Assembly (NCBI GenBank): GCA_902609675.1
Contig: CACLST010000001.1
Location: forward strand, 11,934 to 75,933
Direction: 5' to 3'
Origin: an uncultured Pelagibacteraceae bacterium
GTDB lineage: Bacteria > Pseudomonadota > Alphaproteobacteria > Pelagibacterales > Pelagibacteraceae
Length of the DNA: 64,000 bases
The notes under the pieces are model-generated. The model was not told the origin of the DNA, searched no databases, and was given only the letters and a program-made list of their open reading frames with translations. The position numbers were made by a program, and so were the translations under genes. Below, in pieces: positions 1 through 8,899 of the stretch; within the stretch, counting starts at the first letter, position 1, and the number at the start of each line of letters is the position of its first letter.

Positions 1-583
1 ACTCAGTACATCCAAGAATTATTTTTTTACATTTAATTTTCATTAAGTAATTTACAGCAGGTCTAATAGCTTTTTCAGCTTCTTTAATTTTTCCCATCTT
101 AACAAGTTTTATTGATTTGTTCACAGAACTTTTTTGTAAATCATTGCTAGGGCTCACCAAATTAAAACTTTTATCAAAGTATTTGCTATACACTTTTGTC
201 TCTAAAGTTGCTTCTGTAGATAAAAGACCTATTTTGGTATTTTTTGTACAAGTTTTAACTGTTTCTCTATAAACTTCTTGTGGCATACTTAAAATTGGTA
301 TCTTAATTTTTTTTCTCAAATCATCATACCAATAGTGTGCTGTGTTACATGGCATAACTATAAATTTACAATTATTTTTTTGTAGCATTTTACAGCCTTC
401 TACAAGAGCATTTAAGACGTTGTAATATTTTTTTAAATTTTCTGGTCTCTTTGGAGTGTTAGTTTTATTGTAGAGAACAAACATTGGATATTGCTGATCA
501 AGTTTGCCGGTATTAATCTTTGCAAGTTTATTGCAAAAATCTAAACCAGCTTGCGTGCCCATTCCTCCAAGAATTCCAATCAT
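1..583 (-). CDS. Aspartate/glutamate racemase family protein (3' end runs off window start)
   Basis: Not in ORF track; read by hand. ATG at 583 gives MIGILGGMGTQAGLDFC..., later VMPCNTAH and, in the same frame at 19..2, ILGCTE: the two catalytic-Cys motifs of PLP-independent Asp/Glu racemases. Confidence 0.85.
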   Translation of the reverse strand, partial: MIGILGGMGTQAGLDFCNKLAKINTGKLDQQYPMFVLYNKTNTPKRPENLKKYYNVLNALVEGCKMLQKNNCKFIVMPCNTAHYWYDDLRKKIKIPILSMPQEVYRETVKTCTKNTKIGLLSTEATLETKVYSKYFDKSFNLVSPSNDLQKSSVNKSIKLVKMGKIKEAEKAIRPAVNYLMKIKCKKIILGCTE

Positions 584-643
584 AAATCTACTTTGAATTT
601 TGTTTTAAAAGTTACAATATACAACTATATTTTATAAACAATT

Positions 644-1396
644 ATGCAAGATATTTATATTGATGATATTGGTTCAGGATATCCACTTGTTTTAGTTCAT
701 GGATATCTAGGATCATCAGAAATGTGGAAACTCCAAAAAGATTATCTGCATAAAAAATCTAGAGTTATTGCTCCAGCATTACCAGGATTTGGTGAAAGCT
801 TTAATGCAAAATCTTTAAATAGTATTAGTTTAATGGCTAAATTTATTATCCAACAAATTGATTTAAAAAATATAGATAAGTTTAATTTAATGGGTCACTC
901 GATGGGTGGAATGATAGTACAAGAAATTGCAAATCTATCTGGAGATAGAATTAATAAATTGATTTGTTTCGCTACTGGACCTATTGGTGACATTCCAGGA
1001 AGATTTGAACCTATAAATATATCGATAAAAAAGTTGGGTGAGGAAGGAATTAAAGAGCAAGTAAAAAGAATACCACCAAAGTGGTTTGTTGAAGGAGATC
1101 AAGCTAAAAATTATTATTTATGTGAAAATGCAGTTAAAAATATTTCTGAAGAAACAGCACGTAACGCTCTGATAGCTATGAGAGATTGGAATGGTTTAGA
1201 AAATTTAAAAAAAATAAAAAACAAAACCTTGATAATTTGGGGAGATAAAGACAAATCTTATAATTTTGAACAAGTCTCAATACTTAAAAATAACATTCCT
1301 AATAGTGATTTAAAAATATTTGAGAACTGCTGTCACAATGTACATCTTGAGCAGCCTCAGAAATTTAACCAAGTTGTTGAGGACTTTCTTATTTAA
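644..1396 (+). CDS. Alpha/beta-fold hydrolase
   Basis: LVHG oxyanion motif, GHSMGG nucleophile elbow, WGDKD and C-terminal His (CHNVHLE). Confidence 0.9.
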   Translation: MQDIYIDDIGSGYPLVLVHGYLGSSEMWKLQKDYLHKKSRVIAPALPGFGESFNAKSLNSISLMAKFIIQQIDLKNIDKFNLMGHSMGGMIVQEIANLSGDRINKLICFATGPIGDIPGRFEPINISIKKLGEEGIKEQVKRIPPKWFVEGDQAKNYYLCENAVKNISEETARNALIAMRDWNGLENLKKIKNKTLIIWGDKDKSYNFEQVSILKNNIPNSDLKIFENCCHNVHLEQPQKFNQVVEDFLI

Positions 1397-1514
1397 ATCG
1401 GCCATTTTAGGCTTTTGCATAGCAGTATTTACATTTTAGCTTATTAGAAATGTTGACTCTAAATTTAAAACAAAGTTAGATTTTATTTTTAAAAATAACT
1501 TAAATGGGGAAAAT

Positions 1515-2477
1515 ATGAATATAATCAAAAAAATTCTTGTTGCTGGAGTAATTTCATTATTTGTACCAGCTTCAAGTTTTGCTGAAAAAGTAAAAATTGG
1601 TGATCCTGGTTGGACTGGTGCAACTGCAATTGCAAATTTACTTGCTGCTGTTGTAATTGATAAAATGGGTGGTGAAGCCGAGTTAGTTCCAGGTAACAAT
1701 ACTGCAATCTATGGAGCGATTGATAGAAGTAAAGGTGAAATCGAAGTTCACCCTGATATTTGGCTACCAAATCAAGAGGCTTATACAAAAGATTTAGTAC
1801 CAAAAGGAACATTAAAATTAAGCAAAAATCCTTATGAAGGAAATCAAGGCTATTGTGTCTCTCAACAATTTGCAAAAAAAATGAATATTACTGCAATAGA
1901 AGATTTGGGAAGACCTGAAGTTGTTAAGGCAATGGACAGTGATGGAAATGGAAAAGGTGAATTTTGGATTGGTGCAGATGGATGGGCTTCTGCAAATGTT
2001 AACCAGGTAAAACTAAGAGATTATAAATTATATGATGCTGGTATTGAGCCAATAAGAGCTGCTGAAGCTGTAAAAAATGCTAGAGTGCTAGACTCAATAA
2101 AAAAAGGTGAAGGATACGCGTTTTACTGTTACAAACCTCACGCTATTTGGGGAATGGCTGATGTAGTTATGCTCGAAGAACCAAAATATGATCCCGCAAA
2201 ATATAAAATGATACAACCAAAGGCAGATGCTGATTGGTATCAAAAATCTTATGTAGCTTCTAAGGATGCATTAAAACAAATCCAAATTGGATGGGGAACT
2301 TCTTTAGAGAGCAAGTCTCCAGCAATTGTAGATTTTTTTAAAAACTTCCAAATTACTGCTGATGATGTTTCTTGGATGGCATATGAAGTTTCAGTCCAAA
2401 AAAGAGACCCAGGTGAAGTTGCAAGAGATTGGATGTCTAAAAATAAATCAACAGTTGACGGTTGGTTAGGTCTATAA
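1515..2477 (+). CDS. proX: Glycine betaine/proline-type (OpuAC/ProX family) ABC substrate-binding protein
   Basis: Signal peptide, PDIWLP motif, Trp/Tyr-rich, C-terminal ARDW..N..TVDGWL; precedes ProV/ProW. Confidence 0.85.
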   Translation: MNIIKKILVAGVISLFVPASSFAEKVKIGDPGWTGATAIANLLAAVVIDKMGGEAELVPGNNTAIYGAIDRSKGEIEVHPDIWLPNQEAYTKDLVPKGTLKLSKNPYEGNQGYCVSQQFAKKMNITAIEDLGRPEVVKAMDSDGNGKGEFWIGADGWASANVNQVKLRDYKLYDAGIEPIRAAEAVKNARVLDSIKKGEGYAFYCYKPHAIWGMADVVMLEEPKYDPAKYKMIQPKADADWYQKSYVASKDALKQIQIGWGTSLESKSPAIVDFFKNFQITADDVSWMAYEVSVQKRDPGEVARDWMSKNKSTVDGWLGL

Positions 2478-2498
2478 ATTAGACAATTTAAATTTAAT

Positions 2499-2525
2499 TA
2501 CCTGGCGACATATAGTTGCCAGGTA
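2499..2525 (+). terminator. Stem-loop after SBP gene (terminator or mRNA stabiliser)
   Basis: TACCTGGCGAC-ATATA-GTTGCCAGGTA inverted repeat between proX and proV. Confidence 0.7.
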
Positions 2526-2558
2526 TCATTTTCAATAATTTTAAGCTAAAATCTTTAT

Positions 2559-3611
2559 ATGGAAGCTGCCATACAAATCCAAAATATTTGGAAAATATTT
2601 GGAAACACATCTAAAGATGCGCTGGACGCTATTCAAAATAAAAAAATTACAAAACAACAGGCTCTAGAGGAATACAACTCAGTAATTGGTGTTTCCGATG
2701 TTTCATTTGATGTTAATAAAGGTGAAATTTTTTGTGTTATGGGACTATCTGGTAGTGGGAAATCAACACTTGTGAGGCATATTAATAGATTATTAGAACC
2801 AACATCAGGAAAAATATTAATAAACAATCAAGATGTCATGCAATTTGATAAAAAAAATCTTCAAGATCTCAGAAATCAAAAAATTGGTATGGTTTTTCAA
2901 AATTTTGCGTTAATGCCCCACAGATCAGTTTTAGATAATATTGCTATGCCATTAGAAATTAGAGGAGTTAGTAAAAATGATAGATTAGATGCAGCAAATA
3001 ACATCTTAAATATTGTAGAATTACAAGGTTGGGGAAATAAATATGCTCACGAATTATCTGGAGGAATGCAACAAAGAGTAGGGTTGGCCAGAGCATTAGC
3101 TGCTGATCCTGAATTTTTACTCATGGATGAGCCTTTTAGTGCGCTTGATCCACTTATAAGACGCCAACTTCAAACAGAGTTTATTAAACTTTCAAAACAA
3201 ATGAAAAAGACAACTGTATTTATAACTCATGATCTTGATGAAGCAGTAAGAGTTGGCCATAGAATAGCAATAATGCGAGATGGAAGAGTGGTTCAAATAG
3301 GCACTCCAGAGGAGATAGTTGTAAATCCTGCTGATGATTATGTTGCAGATTTTGTAAAAGGAATTTCAAGGTTAAAAGTTGTTCAGGCTAAAACTATTAT
3401 GCAACCTTTAGAGCAATATAAAAAAAACTCCGGGGAAAATTTTAGTAATAATGAAAAAGTAAATGAAAACGATATATTAAGCAAACTTATCGAAACTTCT
3501 GTTTCTAAACATAAACCAATTATAGTTGTGAATGACCATAATACGGAAGTTGGAATTATTACTCAATCAGACCTATTAAAGGCAGTTGTTGAAGGAAATG
3601 AGAATGAGTAA
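2559..3611 (+). CDS. proV: Betaine/proline ABC transporter ATP-binding protein
   Basis: GLSGSGKST, LSGGMQQ, LMDEPFSALDPLIR; degenerate CBS-like C-terminus. Confidence 0.92.
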   Translation: MEAAIQIQNIWKIFGNTSKDALDAIQNKKITKQQALEEYNSVIGVSDVSFDVNKGEIFCVMGLSGSGKSTLVRHINRLLEPTSGKILINNQDVMQFDKKNLQDLRNQKIGMVFQNFALMPHRSVLDNIAMPLEIRGVSKNDRLDAANNILNIVELQGWGNKYAHELSGGMQQRVGLARALAADPEFLLMDEPFSALDPLIRRQLQTEFIKLSKQMKKTTVFITHDLDEAVRVGHRIAIMRDGRVVQIGTPEEIVVNPADDYVADFVKGISRLKVVQAKTIMQPLEQYKKNSGENFSNNEKVNENDILSKLIETSVSKHKPIIVVNDHNTEVGIITQSDLLKAVVEGNENE

Positions 3612-5106
3612 CGAAATTAAAAATTTATCAAGATCTGAACTTATTAAAAATTTTGTAATTTCAAATCCAGATTATTATATCAAAGAGTTTAAAAAAATTG
3701 GTAGCAAACCATCATACTCTTACTCTTTTAACCTTTTTGCAGCTTTGTTTGGACCAGTATGGTTTGGACTAAGAAATGTATGGAATTATGCTCTGGCATT
3801 TCTAATTGTGGAAACATTTGCTGTTGTTCAAATTGTTAGAGGATTATTTGGCAATATCACTAAGGATGCGGTTGAAAAAATTGATAAAATTCAATCAACT
3901 ATCGATTTTAGATATAAACAATTAGAGGCTGCAAAAGAAAAAAACCCGGATAAAGTTGAAGTCTACGAGAGGGCAATTAAATCACTTGAAGAGGCAATGA
4001 AGGAATATGTAGTTGATGTTCAGCAAATTGAAGCTTCGGCAATATGGATTACCATTTCAGGAATTTTATTATTAATTTTTGTAAAATTTATTCAAGGGAT
4101 ATTAGCCAATACCGTTTTAGAAAAAAGATACTCTGAGTGGTTATCAAATAAATCAATAAGTCCTGGTATGAAACCAAAAAATTACTTACTTAGTGTTGGT
4201 TTTACAATAGTGATTATGTTTTTTTCAGTCATACATTATAGCTTCCCTGGTTTCTTCTCAATAATGAATGATTTTCCTACTCATCCAGAAATAAGACTTA
4301 CTTCTATTAAATGGGTAGAGACAATTTTTGATTATGCTGTTATAAAAGGGGACGCAGTATTTACTGCAATTACAATTGGAATAAGATCTGTTCTTGATTT
4401 TTTAGAATTGTTATTTGTAAAAACACCTTGGATTGTGATCATAACTACTATTGTAGTTTTAACAGCTTTGTCAGCAGGAATAAGAACCGCAATATACTCT
4501 GCAGGATTTTTAGCTTACATGGGTTTTTTAGGATTTTGGGTTAAAGCAATGACAACACTTGCTTTACTAGGTACAGCTGCAATTTTAAGTATTGTTATTG
4601 GAATACCTTTAGGAATTTATTGCGCGAGACGTCAAAGATTTTATTCAATGATAAGACCAATAATGGATTTTATGCAAACTATGCCTGCATTTGTATTTAT
4701 GATTCCAGTAATTGCATTTTTTGGAACAGGAAAGGTTGCAGCTGTCATCATTACAATGATTTTTGGAGGAACACCTGTTGTTAGACTTACTGTGTTAGGT
4801 TTAAGAGGCGTTCCTGAAACTATAAGAGAAGCTGCAATAGCTTATGGAGCATCTAAATGGTATTTACTTAGAAAAGTTGATTTACCTTTAGCAACCCCAT
4901 CAATACTCGCAGGAGTAAACCAAACTGTGATGTTAAGCTTAGCGATGGTTGTAGTAGCATCATTAATAGGAGCTAAAGGCCTAGGACAAGACGTGCTTGA
5001 GGCATTACAATATGCAAATGTAGGCCAAGGTATTTTAGCTGGTATTGCAATATTATTTGTTGCTTTAATATTGGACAGAGTAGTTCAAGGCAAGAAAAGA
5101 GTTTAA
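3604..5106 (+). CDS. proW: Betaine/proline ABC permease with long N-terminal extra membrane domain
   Basis: C-half has ProW motifs (DFMQTMPAFVF, EAAIAYGAS); likely start ATG at 3604 (MSNEIK) overlapping the proV stop. Confidence 0.85.
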   Translation: MSNEIKNLSRSELIKNFVISNPDYYIKEFKKIGSKPSYSYSFNLFAALFGPVWFGLRNVWNYALAFLIVETFAVVQIVRGLFGNITKDAVEKIDKIQSTIDFRYKQLEAAKEKNPDKVEVYERAIKSLEEAMKEYVVDVQQIEASAIWITISGILLLIFVKFIQGILANTVLEKRYSEWLSNKSISPGMKPKNYLLSVGFTIVIMFFSVIHYSFPGFFSIMNDFPTHPEIRLTSIKWVETIFDYAVIKGDAVFTAITIGIRSVLDFLELLFVKTPWIVIITTIVVLTALSAGIRTAIYSAGFLAYMGFLGFWVKAMTTLALLGTAAILSIVIGIPLGIYCARRQRFYSMIRPIMDFMQTMPAFVFMIPVIAFFGTGKVAAVIITMIFGGTPVVRLTVLGLRGVPETIREAAIAYGASKWYLLRKVDLPLATPSILAGVNQTVMLSLAMVVVASLIGAKGLGQDVLEALQYANVGQGILAGIAILFVALILDRVVQGKKRV

Positions 5107-5113
5107 TACTCTA

Positions 5114-6280
5114 ATGAATAAAAATGTATGGTTGCTATTCGCTAGCAATGCATGTGCATTTTCAGTTGCACCTGTAACAGTGTTTTTAAGTGGAATAATT
5201 GGATCTAGCATAAGCCCAATTAAGTCTTTGTCGACTTTACCAATGTCGTTATCAATTGTTGGAACAGCTCTTTTTATAATAGCTGCTTCCAAAATAATGA
5301 GTATCACTGGTAGAAAAAAAGGGTTTATATTATCATCCATAACAAGCTCATTGTTTGCTTTACTGGCAGCTTATGCAGTGATGAAACAAAATTTTTTTCT
5401 TTATTCATTCTCATGCTTTTCACTTGGATTTGGGATGGCATTTGCTCATCAATATCGTTTTGCTGCTGCTGAAAGTGTAGATAAAAAACAGGCTCCAAAG
5501 GCTATTTCCTTATTACTCTTTGCAGGAATTTTATCAGCTCTATTAGGTCCTAATCTAGCAAATCTTGGAAAGAATATTATTTCAGAGGGTTTATATGTCG
5601 GCTCTTATCTATGTTTGTCATTATTAACTTTATCATCAATTATTTTTTTATTTTTTTATAATGAAAAGAAAGTTACTGAAAAAAAAAAAATTTCAAGAGG
5701 AAGATCAATTTTAGAATTAATTTCTCAACCAAGGTTTCTTCAGGCATTAGTCTCCTCATCTTTTGCTTATGCAGTAATGTCTTTTTTAATGACCGCTACT
5801 CCAATAAGTATGCATATTAATGATAATATGTCTTTAAACAGCACCAGTTTTGTAATTCAATTACACATAATTAGTATGTTCCTGCCAGCATTAGTTACTG
5901 GAAATCTCATAAAAAAATTTGGACACAGCAAAATTATGTATTGCGGTGTACTATTTTTTATAATCACAATATTTTTGAGTTATCTTGATCAAACAGTTAC
6001 AAACTATTTATTTTCATTAATATTTTTAGGTCTTGGATGGAATTTTCTATTTATATCAGGGACCAGCTTACTTGTATTAAATTATAGAGAAGAAGAAAGG
6101 TTTAGAGCCCAAGGTTTTAATGATTTTATAGTTTTTTCAATTCAAGCTACTGCAAGTTTAACAGCTGGTGTTTTTTTAAGTTACACTAGCTGGAAAACAA
6201 TGAATATGCTTTGCATACCTTTTTTAATTATAATTATTTTTACAACACTAAGAGCAGATAGATTATCAAGAAAAGTTTAA
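5114..6280 (+). CDS. MFS transporter
   Basis: About 12 hydrophobic segments, YRFAAAE and GLGWNFLF motifs. Confidence 0.85.
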   Translation: MNKNVWLLFASNACAFSVAPVTVFLSGIIGSSISPIKSLSTLPMSLSIVGTALFIIAASKIMSITGRKKGFILSSITSSLFALLAAYAVMKQNFFLYSFSCFSLGFGMAFAHQYRFAAAESVDKKQAPKAISLLLFAGILSALLGPNLANLGKNIISEGLYVGSYLCLSLLTLSSIIFLFFYNEKKVTEKKKISRGRSILELISQPRFLQALVSSSFAYAVMSFLMTATPISMHINDNMSLNSTSFVIQLHIISMFLPALVTGNLIKKFGHSKIMYCGVLFFIITIFLSYLDQTVTNYLFSLIFLGLGWNFLFISGTSLLVLNYREEERFRAQGFNDFIVFSIQATASLTAGVFLSYTSWKTMNMLCIPFLIIIIFTTLRADRLSRKV

Positions 6281-6344
6281 TTCTTACAGGCCGTGTCAAC
6301 TTGTAACAGATATTGCTTATTGTAAGATTATTTTAAAAGCATAT

Positions 6345-6797
6345 ATGCATTTCATGAAATCACACAATAAATTTTTAATTATCACTACCTTTTTATTATC
6401 AACACTTGTTGCCAATATCAGTCTAGCTGCAGATGTAACAGTAGAAATGTTAAATAGACTGGATAAACAGTCAAATGTTTTTGAGCCAAAGATAGTAAGA
6501 GTAAACATTGGAGATACAGTTCTTTGGAAAGCTAAAGACAAAGGTCACAACGTTGAATTTATTAAAAAAGGAGTTCCAGAAGGCGTTGGTAAATTTAAGT
6601 CAAAATTCAATAAGGATGTTGAATACAAATTTGAAGTTCCTGGAATTTACGCATACTGGTGCACACCTCATAAAAATATGGGTATGATTGGTTTTGTAGT
6701 TGTTGGTGATGATAAATCAAACCTAGAAGCAATAAAAAAACTTAGATTTTCATCAAAATCTAAGAAAATGGCTCCAGATTTAATAAATTCATTATAA
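6345..6797 (+). CDS. Pseudoazurin-like blue copper protein
   Basis: Signal peptide; GHNVEF and YWCTPHKNMGM supply His/Cys/His/Met type-1 Cu ligands; C-terminal helices as in pseudoazurin. Confidence 0.88.
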   Translation: MHFMKSHNKFLIITTFLLSTLVANISLAADVTVEMLNRLDKQSNVFEPKIVRVNIGDTVLWKAKDKGHNVEFIKKGVPEGVGKFKSKFNKDVEYKFEVPGIYAYWCTPHKNMGMIGFVVVGDDKSNLEAIKKLRFSSKSKKMAPDLINSL

Positions 6798-6826
6798 ATC
6801 AAGATATTTTAGCTAAGATTTTCTAA

Positions 6827-6842
6827 TTACGAAATATCGTAA
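6827..6842. promoter_or_regulatory. Palindromic candidate operator
   Basis: TTACGA-AATA-TCGTAA perfect inverted repeat about 70 bp upstream of the MalK-type ATPase. Confidence 0.4.
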
Positions 6843-6913
6843 AATAGTTTCTAATTGGTATACTTCTTATAATAAAACTATCCATAGTTTTGTTGGGGGA
6901 AGCATAGAAGCAA

Positions 6914-7963
6914 ATGTCTAATATAAAATTCAAAGGTGTAAACAAATCATTTGGATCAAATAAAATAATAACTGACTTTAGTTTATTAGGTAAAGAAGAT
7001 GAATTCTTAGTTTTAGTTGGTCCCTCTGGATGTGGTAAATCAACATTATTGAGAATGATTGCTGGATTAGAAAAGATTGATGAAGGTGAAATTTTTATAA
7101 ATGATCAAAAAATAAATGACTTACATCCTTCTAAACGACAAACAGCAATGGTATTTCAGTCATACGCTCTTTACCCACATATGAATGTTTATGAAAATAT
7201 GTCTTTTGGACTAAAGATTGAAAAAAGATCCAAAGAAGAAATTCAAACAAAAGTAATGCAAGCAGCTAAGATTTTAAAAATTGAAGAGTTGTTGGAAAGA
7301 AGACCTAAACAATTGTCAGGAGGACAAAGACAAAGAGTTGCAATCGGACGTGCGATTACAAGAAATCCTAAAATTTTTTTATTTGATGAACCTTTATCGA
7401 ATTTAGATGCTGCCTTAAGATCTGAGATGAGAGTTGAGATTTCAAAGTTACATAATCAAATTAAAACAAATATGATTTATGTCACACACGATCAAGTAGA
7501 GGCAATGACACTTGCTGATAGGATTGTAATATTAAATCTTGGAAATATTGAACAAGTTGGAACACCAGAAGAAATATATAACAATCCTGCTAATATTTTT
7601 GTTGCTCAATTTATAGGAACTCCAAAAATGAATATTTTACCCTTAAACAATGAAAATATTCTTTCAGATAATAAAATTAATTTTTTAGGTAATGAAATAA
7701 TTTTTGAAAAAATTAAATTTGATAAAAAAAAATATTTTTTGGGAATACGACCTGAGCATTTTAATTTATCAAGTAGTTCACAATTTAAAATTAAGCCTAA
7801 AATTGATTTAGTTGAGAACTTAGGAAATGAGAAGATTATTTATATGAGCAATGATAATCTAGAACTAAGTGCAAAAATTTCGAGCCAAGAAGACTTTCAA
7901 AATGAAATAAATTTTGACTCTAAAGATATTTTTATATTTGATGAAGATGGAAATAGAATTTAG
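6914..7963 (+). CDS. Carbohydrate ABC transporter ATP-binding protein (MalK/UgpC/MsmX family)
   Basis: GPSGCGKST, VFQSYALYPHM, LSGGQRQ, DEPLSNLDA; C-terminal TOBE-like region. Confidence 0.92.
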   Translation: MSNIKFKGVNKSFGSNKIITDFSLLGKEDEFLVLVGPSGCGKSTLLRMIAGLEKIDEGEIFINDQKINDLHPSKRQTAMVFQSYALYPHMNVYENMSFGLKIEKRSKEEIQTKVMQAAKILKIEELLERRPKQLSGGQRQRVAIGRAITRNPKIFLFDEPLSNLDAALRSEMRVEISKLHNQIKTNMIYVTHDQVEAMTLADRIVILNLGNIEQVGTPEEIYNNPANIFVAQFIGTPKMNILPLNNENILSDNKINFLGNEIIFEKIKFDKKKYFLGIRPEHFNLSSSSQFKIKPKIDLVENLGNEKIIYMSNDNLELSAKISSQEDFQNEINFDSKDIFIFDEDGNRI

Positions 7964-7997
7964 TTTTCTAAATAAACTCTTATATAAATAATTTCAC

Positions 7998-8897
7998 ATG
8001 AATTGGATAGTTGTTACAGTTATTGCGGCTTTTTTTCAGAATTTAAGGTCTTCATTTCAAAAAAAAATCAATAAAGATGTTTCAACTATTGCATCAACTT
8101 ATGTAAGGTTTTCTTTTGCTTTACCTTTTGCATTAGTCTTATTTTTAATATATTTCAGAGAAGTTTCTGTAATTAATGAAATACTTAATCAACCAGGCTT
8201 TTTAATAAATGTAACTTTAGCATCAATTTTTCAAGTAATCTTTACTTTTGTATTATTATACTTATTTAAGTTTTCTAATTTTGTTGTTGGAACCTCACTA
8301 AGTAAAACAGAAGTTGTCCAAGTTGCTATATTTGAATACTTAATATTAAATGAAAAATTAAGTAAGCTGGGCATAAGTGGAATTATAATATCAACTCTAG
8401 GTGTAATAATTTTATCTATAAAAGATTTAAAATTATTCCTTCAAAACATATTTTCAAAAACAACATTAATTGGACTAATATCTGGTTTATTCTTAGCTCT
8501 GAGTATTGTTTATTTTAGATCTGCTGCATTATCTTTAGAAAATTTTAATTCAAACTTTGAAAAAGTATTATCAACTTTACTTTTTGGATTATTAATTCCA
8601 ACGATTATTTTAACGATTTACCTTTTGGTCTTTGAAAAAAAAGAATTTAAAAAACTATATAACGATAAATACGACTGTATGTTAATTGGCATTGGAGGTT
8701 TTTTTGCATCTCTCTCATGGTTTTATGCATTTACTTTAATCCAAGCATCCTTTGTCAGAGCAGTTGGTCAAATAGAATTATTATTTAGTTATTTTTCCTC
8801 AAAATATTTATTCAAGGAAAAAGTAAAGCTAACAGAAATTTTAGGTATTGTTGTTTTTGTAATTGGAGTTACAATTTTATTAATTTCTAGAGTTTAA
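7998..8897 (+). CDS. DMT/EamA family transporter
   Basis: About 10 TM segments in two repeats. Confidence 0.8.
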   Translation: MNWIVVTVIAAFFQNLRSSFQKKINKDVSTIASTYVRFSFALPFALVLFLIYFREVSVINEILNQPGFLINVTLASIFQVIFTFVLLYLFKFSNFVVGTSLSKTEVVQVAIFEYLILNEKLSKLGISGIIISTLGVIILSIKDLKLFLQNIFSKTTLIGLISGLFLALSIVYFRSAALSLENFNSNFEKVLSTLLFGLLIPTIILTIYLLVFEKKEFKKLYNDKYDCMLIGIGGFFASLSWFYAFTLIQASFVRAVGQIELLFSYFSSKYLFKEKVKLTEILGIVVFVIGVTILLISRV

Positions 8898-8899
8898 AA

